A DNA stretch of 64,000 nucleotides, taken from Paenibacillus chungangensis. GTDB taxonomy: Bacteria; Bacillota; Bacilli; Paenibacillales; Paenibacillaceae. Below, one piece after another: positions 19,696 to 29,475 of the stretch. Location: NCBI RefSeq assembly GCF_042675905.1, contig NZ_JBHTJZ010000011.1:54636-118635 (forward strand), in the 5' to 3' direction. The notes under the pieces are model-generated. The model worked only from the letters and a program-made list of their open reading frames with translations, did no database searches and was not told the origin of the DNA. The position numbers and the translations under genes were made by a program. Within the stretch, counting starts at the first letter, position 1; each line of letters starts with the position of its first letter.

Positions 19696-21117
19696 TCAGC
19701 TATACGCCTCATTAGGCTGAGGAATTTTCGCCTCGACTGAATGCCGCCATTCATCCAACTTCCGCTTCATCCGCTCCGCCAGCTCCGGCTCTGTCTCGAC
19801 CAGATTGCGACTCTCCTCGATATCCTCGCGCAGATGATAGAGCTCCAGACGTCCGTCCTCATAGAATTCGATCAGCTTGTAATCGCCCATCCGAACCGAT
19901 GAGCCCGGCGTTCCGCCTTGATTGCCGTAATGCGGATAATGCCAGAATATCGCTTCTCTCTCCAGCGGCCCTGCGCCGCTAAGCAACGGCATGAGGCTCG
20001 TTCCGTCGATCGCATGAGACGGCTTCGCCCCCAGACCCGCGGCTTCCATGAAGGTAGGATACAGATCCGGTGTCGTAATGGGCTCCTCCGACACCCGTCC
20101 GGATGCAATGACGCTGGGCCATCGCATGATGAAGGGCTCGCGCACGCCGCCCTCGTACATCCAGCCCTTGCCTTCGCTCAGCGGAGCATTGCAGGTCGGA
20201 GAGCCTTCCGCCGTAGACAGGCCGCCGTTGTCGGAAGTGAAGACGATAAGCGTATTGTCCGCTTCTCCCGCTTCCTCCAGCGCATCCAGTAGCCGGCCAA
20301 TGTTCCAGTCCAGATTATAGACCATCGCTGCATAGACGGGATCGGATTGCACCCGTCTGCGCGTCACCTGCAGATGCCGCTTCTGCTCCGTAGGGAAGGC
20401 TTCTCCCACTTCGAACGGCTGGATCTTATCCAGTCCCATCTCCCCCGCTTTCTTCCTGAAGCGCGCAATGTCCTCCTCCTTCGCTTGAATCGGCGTATGG
20501 ACGGCATAATGCCACAGATTCAGGAAGAATGGACGTTCATCCTTCTGCCGGATGAGCGCAATCGCCTCGTCTGTAATCCGGTCGGTCAAGTATTCTCCCT
20601 CCGGCCCGTCCTTCAGTGCCGCCAGGCCGTATGGGCTGAAGTAGCCCTTCTTCGGACAGCCCCAGCTGCTGCCGCCGATATTGACATCGAATCCGTGCCG
20701 CTCCGGCTCATAGCCTTCTCCGCCCAGATGCCACTTGCCGACATGCCAGGTCCGGTAGCCCGCCTCCTTCAGCTCCGTCGCAATCGTCCGCTCTTGCAGC
20801 GGAAGCTGCTTCACATAAGGCACGTCGACCAGCTTGCCTCGGCACGGATGATAATTGCCCGTATCGTCGATCCAATCCGTCACGCCTACCGTCGCAGGAT
20901 ACTTGCCCGTCAAGGCACTCGCCCGTGTAGGCGAGCAGACCGGGCATGCAGCATAGCCATCTGTGAAGCGGATGCCCTCCTGCGCCATCCGGTCCAGATT
21001 CGGCGTCTCATAATAGTCGCTTCCGTAGCATTGCAGGTCCTTCCAGCCCATATCATCAATCAGTATAAACAGGATATTCGGTGCCGTACGCATCATGAAC
21101 CTCTCCCTTTTCTCCAA
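19696..21117 (-). CDS. Formylglycine-dependent sulfatase (arylsulfatase family)
   Basis: Sulfatase signature CSPTRASALTGKYP (C-x-P-x-R). NILFILIDDMGWKDL N-terminal motif. 473 aa. Confidence 0.85.
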   Translation of the reverse strand: MEKRERFMMRTAPNILFILIDDMGWKDLQCYGSDYYETPNLDRMAQEGIRFTDGYAACPVCSPTRASALTGKYPATVGVTDWIDDTGNYHPCRGKLVDVPYVKQLPLQERTIATELKEAGYRTWHVGKWHLGGEGYEPERHGFDVNIGGSSWGCPKKGYFSPYGLAALKDGPEGEYLTDRITDEAIALIRQKDERPFFLNLWHYAVHTPIQAKEEDIARFRKKAGEMGLDKIQPFEVGEAFPTEQKRHLQVTRRRVQSDPVYAAMVYNLDWNIGRLLDALEEAGEADNTLIVFTSDNGGLSTAEGSPTCNAPLSEGKGWMYEGGVREPFIMRWPSVIASGRVSEEPITTPDLYPTFMEAAGLGAKPSHAIDGTSLMPLLSGAGPLEREAIFWHYPHYGNQGGTPGSSVRMGDYKLIEFYEDGRLELYHLREDIEESRNLVETEPELAERMKRKLDEWRHSVEAKIPQPNEAYS

Positions 21118-21161
21118 TGAATGTCTGCGTGCATAAGCACACCAATCCGTGTTCAGTTACT

Positions 21162-22373
21162 TCAATCGCTAATCCGTCTGGAGACGATCAGGTACCACCC
21201 CGTATATATCGCGCAGACGACGCCCAGAAATCCGAATCCCCCGAAGATGTCCAGAAGGGACGAAAAGTAGCCAAAGCCAAGCCCCGTCGCTGCCATTGCC
21301 GCATTCAACGCCAGCGATTGAAAGGAATCGATCGTCGCCCTCATGGAAGAGGAGCCGATCCGGTGATGCAAATACCCCGTCGCAAGCGGTTCGATCATGC
21401 CTGCGAACAGGCAGATGAGCACGATAGCGAAGATGCCGCTCTCATGACGGATCGCTCCCAGGAAGATGTAACCGGCAGCGGAGACGAGCAATGACACCGT
21501 TATCAACGTCCGATAGCTGAAGCGGTTCTTCAGCTTGTAAGCTAGCAAGCTGCCCGGCAACCGGATCAGAAAGATGATCGACGAGAATAGTCCGAACGCC
21601 AACAGCGGAATGCCTAACCGATCCAAGTAAAGCTGCCAGAACTCATCGATAAAATTGATAGCCGCTCCAATAAGCATGCCCGATAGCACGACAAGCGCAG
21701 CCCCGGGATGGGCACGGAAGAATTGGAGCGAAGCGGCTATATATTGCTTCATCGTTCCAGGTTCCGTCTGTGCGGCTTGACCGGCTTTCTCTCCTTCCGA
21801 ATCGATAGCGCTGCTATCGGACTCTGCGAGCATGAGCGTCACAGCAAGACATACCGCCATACTGGAGAACGACAGCCAGTAATTGAGCTCGAAGCCGAAT
21901 GAAGCCGCTAGCAGACTGCCGCATAGTGCGGCTACCATCGTGCCGGCAATATCAAGAGCGGCCAGCCGTCCCAGCACCTTCTCGAAGCTGGACTTCTTGC
22001 CTGCCAGCTGCAGCGATTCATAGAGCAGCGCATGCTCCGCTCCGCTGGCGGACGCTCTTCCTACCGCCGTCAGGGCGATGACGAGCGCGAAGTGCCAGAA
22101 TTCCGTCGCGAACACCAGCAGCAGGAACTCCAGACATCCGATGATCGCCGACAGAACAAGCATCGGCTTGCGTCCCCATTTGTCAGCGAGTATCCCGGTC
22201 GGAAGCTCCGCCAGCAGTACGATTACAGCGAAGATGATCTCCGTATAGACAACGAGCGGAATCGTCATGCCCCGCTCTTCCCAGAATAGCCGTTCAATTA
22301 CATATGCAGGAATCAAACTGTGAAAAAAACGTATGGCATAAAGCTTGTAAACGTTGGATGCCATGCTTCTCAC
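21162..22373 (-). CDS. MFS transporter
   Basis: 403 aa, 12 predicted TM segments, motif GILADKWGRKPML. Confidence 0.75.
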   Translation of the reverse strand: MRSMASNVYKLYAIRFFHSLIPAYVIERLFWEERGMTIPLVVYTEIIFAVIVLLAELPTGILADKWGRKPMLVLSAIIGCLEFLLLVFATEFWHFALVIALTAVGRASASGAEHALLYESLQLAGKKSSFEKVLGRLAALDIAGTMVAALCGSLLAASFGFELNYWLSFSSMAVCLAVTLMLAESDSSAIDSEGEKAGQAAQTEPGTMKQYIAASLQFFRAHPGAALVVLSGMLIGAAINFIDEFWQLYLDRLGIPLLAFGLFSSIIFLIRLPGSLLAYKLKNRFSYRTLITVSLLVSAAGYIFLGAIRHESGIFAIVLICLFAGMIEPLATGYLHHRIGSSSMRATIDSFQSLALNAAMAATGLGFGYFSSLLDIFGGFGFLGVVCAIYTGWYLIVSRRISD

Positions 22374-22523
22374 AATCCTCTCTCATTCATTCTAAGGTTG
22401 GACTACGCCAAGCTTTGAAGAACGGAGGATCGCGTGAAGCTGCATCATCGCCATATTAACAAGGAGGTCTTGCCGCTCTCATGGAATCGCTCCTTTCCAT
22501 TACGCTTTTCTTACATTATATGA

Positions 22524-23552
22524 CTACATCAGCAGCCCAAGCCACTGTTCCTTAGTAATAGGCCCGAAGTAATACGGCAAGTCCAGCTGGTCGCTCCACT
22601 TCTGCAGTTCATCCGCATCGTACCGCTTGCCAATAAGCCCCGCAGCCACCTCGCTGCTCTCGCCCCGTCCGAAGTAATCGCCGAATATAGCGGCACCCAC
22701 AATGATGCCGTCTTCTACCTGCAGACGTACATCGAACGTGCCGACGCCTTCAATCCGTTTGCGCTGCTGCATGTTGAACGCCGGGGAACGGCCATATGTC
22801 CACTCCCAGCTGCGATAGCGCTCATTCGCTAATTTTTGCACATTTTCCCAGTCTTGATCCATCAACTCATAGGTTGGAACTTCATCCAATCCTTCGAATA
22901 TAGAGGCCAGTAGCGCCTGCCGGAACTGTTCTATCGCCATCGGCTCCTGCAGAAATTCTGAAATATTGGCGACACGGCTTCGGATCGATTTTGTCGATTT
23001 CGACACATATTTCTCTGCATTCACCTTCAGCGCGGAGATAACATTCTCGATCTCGGAATCGAACAAGAGCGTGCCGTGGCTGAACATTCTGCCCTTGGAG
23101 TGGAACTGCGCGTTGCCGGATATTTTCCGTTCGCCGACTTGCAAGTCGTTACGCCCCGTCAGCTCGGCGTCGACACCCATGCCCTGCAGCGCCTTCACGA
23201 CCGGCTCCGTGAACTTCTTGAAGTTATGGAATGAGGCGCCGTCGTCGCGCATAATGAAGCTGAAGTTCAGATTGCCAAGGTCGTGGTAGACGGCTCCTCC
23301 GCCGGACAAGCGTCGTACAACGTGAATGTTGTTCTCCTTCACATACTCCGCATTGATTTCCTCGACCGTATTCTGATTTTTTCCGATAATAATGGACGGC
23401 TCATTGATGTAGAAGAGCAAGTAGTCGTCATCCGGCAACGACCGCAATATATATTCCTCCAGCGCCAGATTCAGCGCCGGGTCCGTATTCCCGTTGTTGC
23501 TTACGAATCGCATAGGTTGTTCCTCCAATAGCCACATATCTGAGTCGTTCAT
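22524..23552 (-). CDS. lplJ: Lipoate-protein ligase A
   Basis: Near-colinear with B. subtilis LplJ: YLLFYINEPSIIIGKNQNTVEEINAEYVKENNIHVVRRLSGGGAVYHDLGNLNFSFI. Confidence 0.85.
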   Translation of the reverse strand: MNDSDMWLLEEQPMRFVSNNGNTDPALNLALEEYILRSLPDDDYLLFYINEPSIIIGKNQNTVEEINAEYVKENNIHVVRRLSGGGAVYHDLGNLNFSFIMRDDGASFHNFKKFTEPVVKALQGMGVDAELTGRNDLQVGERKISGNAQFHSKGRMFSHGTLLFDSEIENVISALKVNAEKYVSKSTKSIRSRVANISEFLQEPMAIEQFRQALLASIFEGLDEVPTYELMDQDWENVQKLANERYRSWEWTYGRSPAFNMQQRKRIEGVGTFDVRLQVEDGIIVGAAIFGDYFGRGESSEVAAGLIGKRYDADELQKWSDQLDLPYYFGPITKEQWLGLLM

Positions 23553-23701
23553 GGCTAATTATTCATGTCATCTGCATTATAGCCCCTCTCGCAATCCGCT
23601 TCAACTTGTCCTATACTGGTGAACAAAGGAAGAACGCACAGGGATGGTACAGATAAGATTGATCAGTCATTTACAGGTATAGTTGAAAGGAGAGTTGCGA
23701 G

Positions 23702-24676
23702 ATGGAATACCGTCATCTGGGAAGCAGCGGCTTGAAGGTGTCCAAGCTCGGGCTTGGCACGAACGCATTCGGCAAGAGAGCCGACCGTCAGGCCTCAATC
23801 GACATGATCCGTTATGCAATCGATCAGGGAATAACGTTCATCGACACTGCCAACATCTATGCGGGTACGCAATCGGAGGAAATCATCGGTGAGGCGCTGC
23901 AGGGAGTGCGGCATGAAGTCATCTTGACGACGAAGGCGGGTCTGCCGACAGGTTCAGGACCATACGACAAGGGGTCTTCCAGGAGGCATCTTATGGGGGA
24001 GCTGGAGAAAAGCCTGAAGCGGCTTCGAACAGATTACCTGGATCTATATCAGATCCACACGTTTGATCCGGACACGCCGCTGGAGGAAACGTTAAGGACA
24101 CTGGAGGATATGGTCGCATCGGGCAAGGTCCGCTATATCGGAGCGTCCAATTACTACGCGTGGGAGCTTATGAAAGCTCTCGGCATTAGCGATCGGCTCG
24201 GTCTGAACCGCTACGCCTCCATCCAGACCTGCTACTCGCTCGCCGACCGAACTCCGGAGCGCGAGCTGGTGCCCCTCTGTCTGGATCAGGGGGTCGGCAT
24301 CATCCCGTACTTCCCGCTCGCGGGAGGCATCCTCACAGGGAAGTATCGTACCGAAGCCGAAGTTCCGGCAGGCTCACGGGCGGATACAGACCCGAACTTC
24401 CGGCGCTTCCTCAGCGAGGACGTAATGGCCCTGGGAGATGCGGTGGGACGGCTGGCGACAGCCGTCGGCACGACGCCCGGCGCATTATCGCTCGCCTGGC
24501 TGATGGCTCAGCCTGCCGTCTCCACAGTTATCGTCGGTGCGACGCGCACCAGCCAGTTGCAGGATAGCCTAGCCAGTGTATCGCTGAAGCTGAACGACGA
24601 TGTGCTGGCCGAGCTTGACCGTGTGAGCGCCACCTTCCGCAGCGGCGAGCCGTTCGCGGTCTACAGGCTGACGTAG
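23702..24676 (+). CDS. Aldo/keto reductase
   Basis: MEYRHLGSSGLKVSKLGLGTNAFG N-terminal signature. 324 aa. Confidence 0.85.
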   Translation: MEYRHLGSSGLKVSKLGLGTNAFGKRADRQASIDMIRYAIDQGITFIDTANIYAGTQSEEIIGEALQGVRHEVILTTKAGLPTGSGPYDKGSSRRHLMGELEKSLKRLRTDYLDLYQIHTFDPDTPLEETLRTLEDMVASGKVRYIGASNYYAWELMKALGISDRLGLNRYASIQTCYSLADRTPERELVPLCLDQGVGIIPYFPLAGGILTGKYRTEAEVPAGSRADTDPNFRRFLSEDVMALGDAVGRLATAVGTTPGALSLAWLMAQPAVSTVIVGATRTSQLQDSLASVSLKLNDDVLAELDRVSATFRSGEPFAVYRLT

Positions 24677-24705
24677 AGGAGGCACCGGCGGCAGGGCAAG
24701 TGCGT

Positions 24706-24978
24706 TGACAGTGCAGCTGATCGCGCTCCAGGCGGCGCGGCTTGTGCGCTGTCAGTGCTGCTGATCGCGCTCAGGCGGCGCGGCTTGTGCGCTGTCAGTG
24801 CTGCTGATCGCGCTACAGGCGGCGCGGCTTGTGCACTGTCAGTGCAGCTGATCGCGCTCCAGGCGGCGCGGCTTGTACGCTGTCAGTGCTGCTAATCGCG
24901 CTCAGGCGGCGCGGCTTGTGCACTGTCAGTGCTGCTGATTGCGCTCAGGCGGCGCGGCTTGTGCACTGTCAGTGCTGC
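24706..24978. repeat. Non-coding tandem direct repeat, about 44-bp unit x about 6.5, GC-rich
   Basis: Unit GTCAGTGCTGCTGATCGCGCTCAGGCGGCGCGGCTTGTGCGCT with point variants (gcag/gctg, cc insertion). No spacers. Stops in all frames. Confidence 0.8.
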
Positions 24979-25076
24979 TGCATACCCCATGGCATTTAAA
25001 TGGATTTCATGCAGTTATTGACGATCCAAAGTTCAGACATAAACGATTTAATGGAAAAAGTACAGCTAGTTTGGGC

Positions 25077-25110
25077 AATGAAGTCTTGAAGTGAACTTCA
25101 AGACTTCATT
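25077..25110. repeat. Perfect 15-bp-arm palindrome (hairpin) in an AT-rich core between the two repeat arrays
   Basis: aatgaagtcttgaag-tgaa-cttcaagacttcatt. The arms are exact reverse complements. Confidence 0.7.
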
Positions 25111-25191
25111 AATGACATGAAATCCAGTTAGTCAGACAGAATCACCTATAATTCGTCATATTAACTACTATAAATCCAGTTAGTCTAATAA

Positions 25192-25600
25192 CCGCATCCC
25201 CATATCATTCTGCTGGACACTTCAGTCCCTATTACCGCATCCCCATATCATTCTGCTGGACACTTCAGTCCCTATTACCGCATCCCCATACCATTCTGCC
25301 GGACATATCAGTCCCTATTACCGCATCCCGATACCATTCTAATGGACACTTCAGTCCCTATTACCGCTCACCTTACCGTTCTACTGGACATATCAGTCCC
25401 TCTTACCGCTCACCTTACCGTTCTACTGGACATATCAGTCCCTCTTACCGCATCCCCATACCATTCTGCTGGACACTTCAGTCCCTATTACCGCTCACCT
25501 TACCGTTCTACTGGACATATCAGTCCCTCTTACCGCTCACCTTACCGTTCTGCCGGACACATCAGTCCCTCTTACCTGTCTGCCGGATACACCAGTCCCA
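25192..25600. repeat. Non-coding tandem direct repeat, 43/42-bp units x about 9.5, two alternating subtypes
   Basis: Subtype A is ccgcatccccatatcattctgctggacacttcagtccctatta (43 bp). Subtype B is ccgctcaccttaccgttctactggacatatcagtccctctta (42 bp). Order is A A A A B B A B B then a degenerate copy overlapping the 3' end of CDS 25572..26579. Confidence 0.8.
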
Positions 25601-26579
25601 ATTGCCGTCTCGCTTCATCCATAATCTCCAAGGTGAGCATGGATACTTCATGTGTGTTCACCGCAGATTCCATGCGTCCTTCCTTGATCAGGGAGATGAA
25701 CTCCGCCACTTCGTAGTACATATTGTGCTCCACCGTCGGCTTCGACAGCTCCTCCGTGCGTCCATCGCGATAAGCGAGCGTAATCCCCGTCGGTTCGCTA
25801 ATCTTGTTAATGATGAGACTGGCGTCCTCCCCTTGAATTTCCGCTGGCAGCGACGAATGCGTGATCTTGGAATACATCAACACCGCATCCATATGCTCAT
25901 ATTCCAGCAAAATGCTGCCCTCGCCGTCGACGCCACTCTCCAGCATATACCCTGTCGCCTTCACCGCCTTCGGCTTGCCGAATAGCACCACGGCTGGATA
26001 GATACAGTAAATGCCGATGTCTACTAATGCACCGTTAGACAGCTCCGGCTTGAACGCATTCATCACATTGCCCGCCTTGTAGGCATCGTATCTGGAGGAA
26101 TATTGGCAGAAGCTTGCGAAATATCGGCGCACCTGGCCAATTCGCCCAAGATTCTCCCTCAGAGCTCCAAATCCCGGCATGAACGTAGACTTTACCGCCT
26201 CCATCAGCAGGACACCGTTCTCCTTCGCGACGGCGATCATCTCTGCGAACTCGCGCGCATTGGAGGCAACCGGCTTCTCGCACAGCACATGCAAGCCATG
26301 CTTCATGGCATCCATCGCTTGCGCCGCATGGAAGCTATTAGGACTGGCGATATAGAGCGCATCGATCTCCCCGCTGCCGAACATCTCCTCCATATTCGTG
26401 AAAACATGCGGAATGCCGTGCTTGTCCGCGAACGCTCTCCCCGTCTCCTCCTTGCGCGAATAGACCGCCTGCAGCCTGAACTCCTCATGCAGCCGAGCTC
26501 CCGCAATGAAGCGGTCCGTTATCCAATTGGTTCCGATTACGCCAAATCGTATCATTGCTGACATCTCCTTCTTTGACAA
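25572..26579 (-). CDS. Gfo/Idh/MocA-family NAD(P)-dependent oxidoreductase
   Basis: MIRFGVIGTNWITDRF Rossmann N-terminus. EKP motif in HVLCEKPVA. Confidence 0.8.
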   Translation of the reverse strand: MSKKEMSAMIRFGVIGTNWITDRFIAGARLHEEFRLQAVYSRKEETGRAFADKHGIPHVFTNMEEMFGSGEIDALYIASPNSFHAAQAMDAMKHGLHVLCEKPVASNAREFAEMIAVAKENGVLLMEAVKSTFMPGFGALRENLGRIGQVRRYFASFCQYSSRYDAYKAGNVMNAFKPELSNGALVDIGIYCIYPAVVLFGKPKAVKATGYMLESGVDGEGSILLEYEHMDAVLMYSKITHSSLPAEIQGEDASLIINKISEPTGITLAYRDGRTEELSKPTVEHNMYYEVAEFISLIKEGRMESAVNTHEVSMLTLEIMDEARRQLGLVYPADR

Positions 26580-26645
26580 GCATCAATCTTCTAGTATATA
26601 TTGGGAAGCTAGTACAACTATTGTTATCATCAGGGGGGACAACTC

Positions 26646-28055
26646 TTGGATTCTCTCATCTTATTTATTATCGGAATCCTGTTTCATATCGCGTTATGGA
26701 CCGTTCTTATCGGCTCCAGCAAGCCGAAGGACAATCTATGGTTCGGCGTTACTTGGCCGAAGAAGGCGCTGGCCGATGAACAGTTGTCACGATTGCAGCA
26801 AGAATACCGCAAATCTATTACCATGTACAGTATCACTGCATTCGTAACGCTGCTGCCGATTTTTCTGCTTGGCGGCTTCTTTTCGCTTGCCTTCATTTAC
26901 TTGCTGCTATGGACCGTCAGCCTTCTCTACACTTCCACATCCGCGTTCAAGCGCATTCACCACCGGGCTATTCTGCTCAAGCGCAACAACAAGTGGTTCG
27001 TAGGCAAATCCCGGACGATCAACATCGCCGGCGATATTCAACGCTATACAGCCATGACTCCGCTATCCTTCTATTGGTTCCTCATTCCGGCAGCGATGTC
27101 GATCCTATTGATTGTGTTGTCGCTCGGCAATGATAACTTCCTGCTCCGCATGACCGGAGTCGCTTCTCTGACCATGACCGGCGTTGTCTTCGCCATTAAC
27201 AGGGCGTTCACAGACAGCAGACCGCGCGCATACAGCCTTAATCCCACAGCCAATATCGCCATTCACCATGCCGCCAGACGTTACTGGTCCATACTGTGGC
27301 TGGGCATGGCCATCTTCGAAGCGGCGAACGCATTTATCGCCTATTATGTGCTGTCGCAAGGTAACTCGACAAGTCCCGAACTGTGGATGGGCGGGGTATT
27401 CGTCATCTCGCTCGTACCGATCATGGCTATCTACTACGTGCATAATCTCATTCGCAACCTGCAGTACCGCTATGCCAATACGGACGGAATCAGCTACCAG
27501 GCGGACAATGACGAGCATTGGCGCTACGGCATTCATTATTATAACAAGGCTGACAGCAAAGTGTGGACTAAGAAGCGGATAGGCACAGGCTATACCGTCA
27601 ATATGGCAACCGCTGGAGGCAGAATGACCTTCTACGGCGTACCGTTGCTCATGCTTGCCATTCTCATTCCCGTCACAGCCATGATTGTGCGAGCTGATAC
27701 ATCGGCTCCTGCGCTTGCAATAGACGCAAACGGAACGGTAACGATACAGGATACCAGCTATCCTTATACATTCCAGCTTGATGATGTGATAGAGATTCAT
27801 CTGGAAGACAAGATGCCAAGCGGCTTCAAATCCGACGGCATCGCTACTTCCGCCTACGCCAGAGGCAACTTCAAGCTGAGCGAGCTGGGCAAGGCCAAGC
27901 TGTACGTATTCAAGAAGGCTCCGCCATTCATCGTCATGAAGCTGGACGAGCTGCATATTGTATACAACGAAGAAGACCCCGAAGCGACGAATCAGCTCTA
28001 CGAAGAGCTTCGGGAGCGCATGCGGATGACGGATAGTTCAACAGAAATCGATTGA
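26646..28055 (+). CDS. Polytopic membrane protein with a C-terminal bacterial PH-like domain
   Basis: 469 aa. Several TM helices, then a soluble about-120-aa C-terminal domain (TVTIQDTSYPYTFQLDDVIEIHLEDK...LYVFKKAPPFIVMKLDELHIVY). Confidence 0.5.
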   Translation: MDSLILFIIGILFHIALWTVLIGSSKPKDNLWFGVTWPKKALADEQLSRLQQEYRKSITMYSITAFVTLLPIFLLGGFFSLAFIYLLLWTVSLLYTSTSAFKRIHHRAILLKRNNKWFVGKSRTINIAGDIQRYTAMTPLSFYWFLIPAAMSILLIVLSLGNDNFLLRMTGVASLTMTGVVFAINRAFTDSRPRAYSLNPTANIAIHHAARRYWSILWLGMAIFEAANAFIAYYVLSQGNSTSPELWMGGVFVISLVPIMAIYYVHNLIRNLQYRYANTDGISYQADNDEHWRYGIHYYNKADSKVWTKKRIGTGYTVNMATAGGRMTFYGVPLLMLAILIPVTAMIVRADTSAPALAIDANGTVTIQDTSYPYTFQLDDVIEIHLEDKMPSGFKSDGIATSAYARGNFKLSELGKAKLYVFKKAPPFIVMKLDELHIVYNEEDPEATNQLYEELRERMRMTDSSTEID

Positions 28056-28063
28056 ACTGCCGC

Positions 28064-28849
28064 TCACTCCTCGTCGCTGACCAGCAGATCGCGGAGCAGA
28101 CGTTGCGGATTGTTCATGAATTGTCTCGTGATCGCCACATGCTCCGTCTCCTCCCAGCTGACTTCGTCTATCGCATCCTCGTTCAGTTGATAGATAATTG
28201 CGTCGGGATACGCCATTAGAATCGGCGAGTGCGTAGCGATAATGAATTGAGAGTTGCCCTCCACAAGCTGATGCATGCGGGCGAGCATCGCCATCTGGCG
28301 GGAGGGGGATAACGCTGCCTCCGGCTCGTCCAGAATGTACAGGCCGTTCCCGCTGAACCGATGCAGGAATGTCGCGAAGAACGACTCCCCATGCGACTGC
28401 TCGTGCAGCGACTTGCCGCCGTACGATTCAATGATGGGCGGACCGAAGGAGTGTTCCCGGTCCATCTCATCGATACTGGTCGCCAGATTGTAATAGCTCT
28501 CCGCACGGAAGAAGAAGCCGTCTCTCGGTCTTCTTGGCCCTTTCACTGTACGTAAGTATTCATGCAGCGGGGAATGGGTCGCCGCTGTCTCGAAGGTGAA
28601 GTTCATCGTTCCCCCTTCCGCATTGAACCCCAGCGCCACGGCGATCGCTTCGATCAAGGTCGACTTGCCCGCTCCGTTCTCTCCGACGATGAACGTCACC
28701 TTGGGATGGAACGCAAGCTCGTCGAGATGCCGTACAGCATCCAGGCTGAACGGATACGACTCGAAGGAAGGAACCTGTTCCCGTAGCAGATAGACCTTCC
28801 GCAAGTAATGACCCAACTCATACAGAGACACCTCTACACCGACCTCCAT
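28064..28849 (-). CDS. Small stand-alone ABC-type ATPase (AAA_21/COG3910-like)
   Basis: Walker A GENGAGKST, Walker B LYILDEPEAALSP, H-loop ATHSP. 261 aa with no effector domain. Confidence 0.7.
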   Translation of the reverse strand: MEVGVEVSLYELGHYLRKVYLLREQVPSFESYPFSLDAVRHLDELAFHPKVTFIVGENGAGKSTLIEAIAVALGFNAEGGTMNFTFETAATHSPLHEYLRTVKGPRRPRDGFFFRAESYYNLATSIDEMDREHSFGPPIIESYGGKSLHEQSHGESFFATFLHRFSGNGLYILDEPEAALSPSRQMAMLARMHQLVEGNSQFIIATHSPILMAYPDAIIYQLNEDAIDEVSWEETEHVAITRQFMNNPQRLLRDLLVSDEE

Positions 28850-28956
28850 CTCGCTTTCACATCACTGTCATACAAACCAATCCAATCCAATACCCGCTAT
28901 CAAACCTGCTTTTATCCGGTTGTCTACCATTGCATATCTCTATTATTCGGAGTTCG

Positions 28957-29475
28957 CTAATTCCCGCTCCACTTCTCCCCTTGCAGCTGCTTCCACACGG
29001 TTTTGTTGCTGTATTGCTTCTGCGAACTGATATCCTCGCCGAACCATTCCGGCGCGACGAACGCCTCCGCCTCCTCTACAGAGTCGAATTCCACCTCCAG
29101 CACAGCCAGTTGAATCTGGTCGTACATATCCATTTCCACCGTTCTCCCGTTCCACTGCGCGGTTAGGCGGTTTTTCGTCAGAGGCGTATAGCCGAAGGCG
29201 TTCATCACCTGCTCATAGATGCCTTCCGATATGTCGTATTCCACTTCTTCACGTACAAGTCCGTTGCCACGCTTGAACGTATGGGTGTAGGTCACTTCTC
29301 CTGTACCCATATCCGTAATGCGGCGGACTCTCAGCTCCTGCTGCTCGTCTATCGCGATATAAGTTTGTTCAATCCGCTGCTCCGACACCAGCGCAAGCTC
29401 CCCGGAATCCAGCTTGTCCAGTGACTGCTGCGGCAGCAAGTACTTTTTCTCTATCTCCATTCCCATCTCATCCAC
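28957..29475 (-). CDS. CYTH-domain (triphosphate tunnel metalloenzyme) protein, YjbK-like
   Basis: EIEKKYLL (ExExK) N-terminal motif. About 170 aa. Confidence 0.7.
   Translation of the reverse strand: MDEMGMEIEKKYLLPQQSLDKLDSGELALVSEQRIEQTYIAIDEQQELRVRRITDMGTGEVTYTHTFKRGNGLVREEVEYDISEGIYEQVMNAFGYTPLTKNRLTAQWNGRTVEMDMYDQIQLAVLEVEFDSVEEAEAFVAPEWFGEDISSQKQYSNKTVWKQLQGEKWSGN

Noticed and set aside
24706-25600. The repeat arrays as CRISPR
   Set aside because: Units are contiguous head-to-tail with no unique spacers. There are no cas genes in the window. The arrays are point-mutated copies rather than repeat-spacer structures.
25342-25716. 124-aa ORF across array 2
   Set aside because: The units are 43/42 bp, so the frame survives only by chance indels. 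There is no SD, it is antisense to the end of gene 25572..26579, and it is pure repeat translation.
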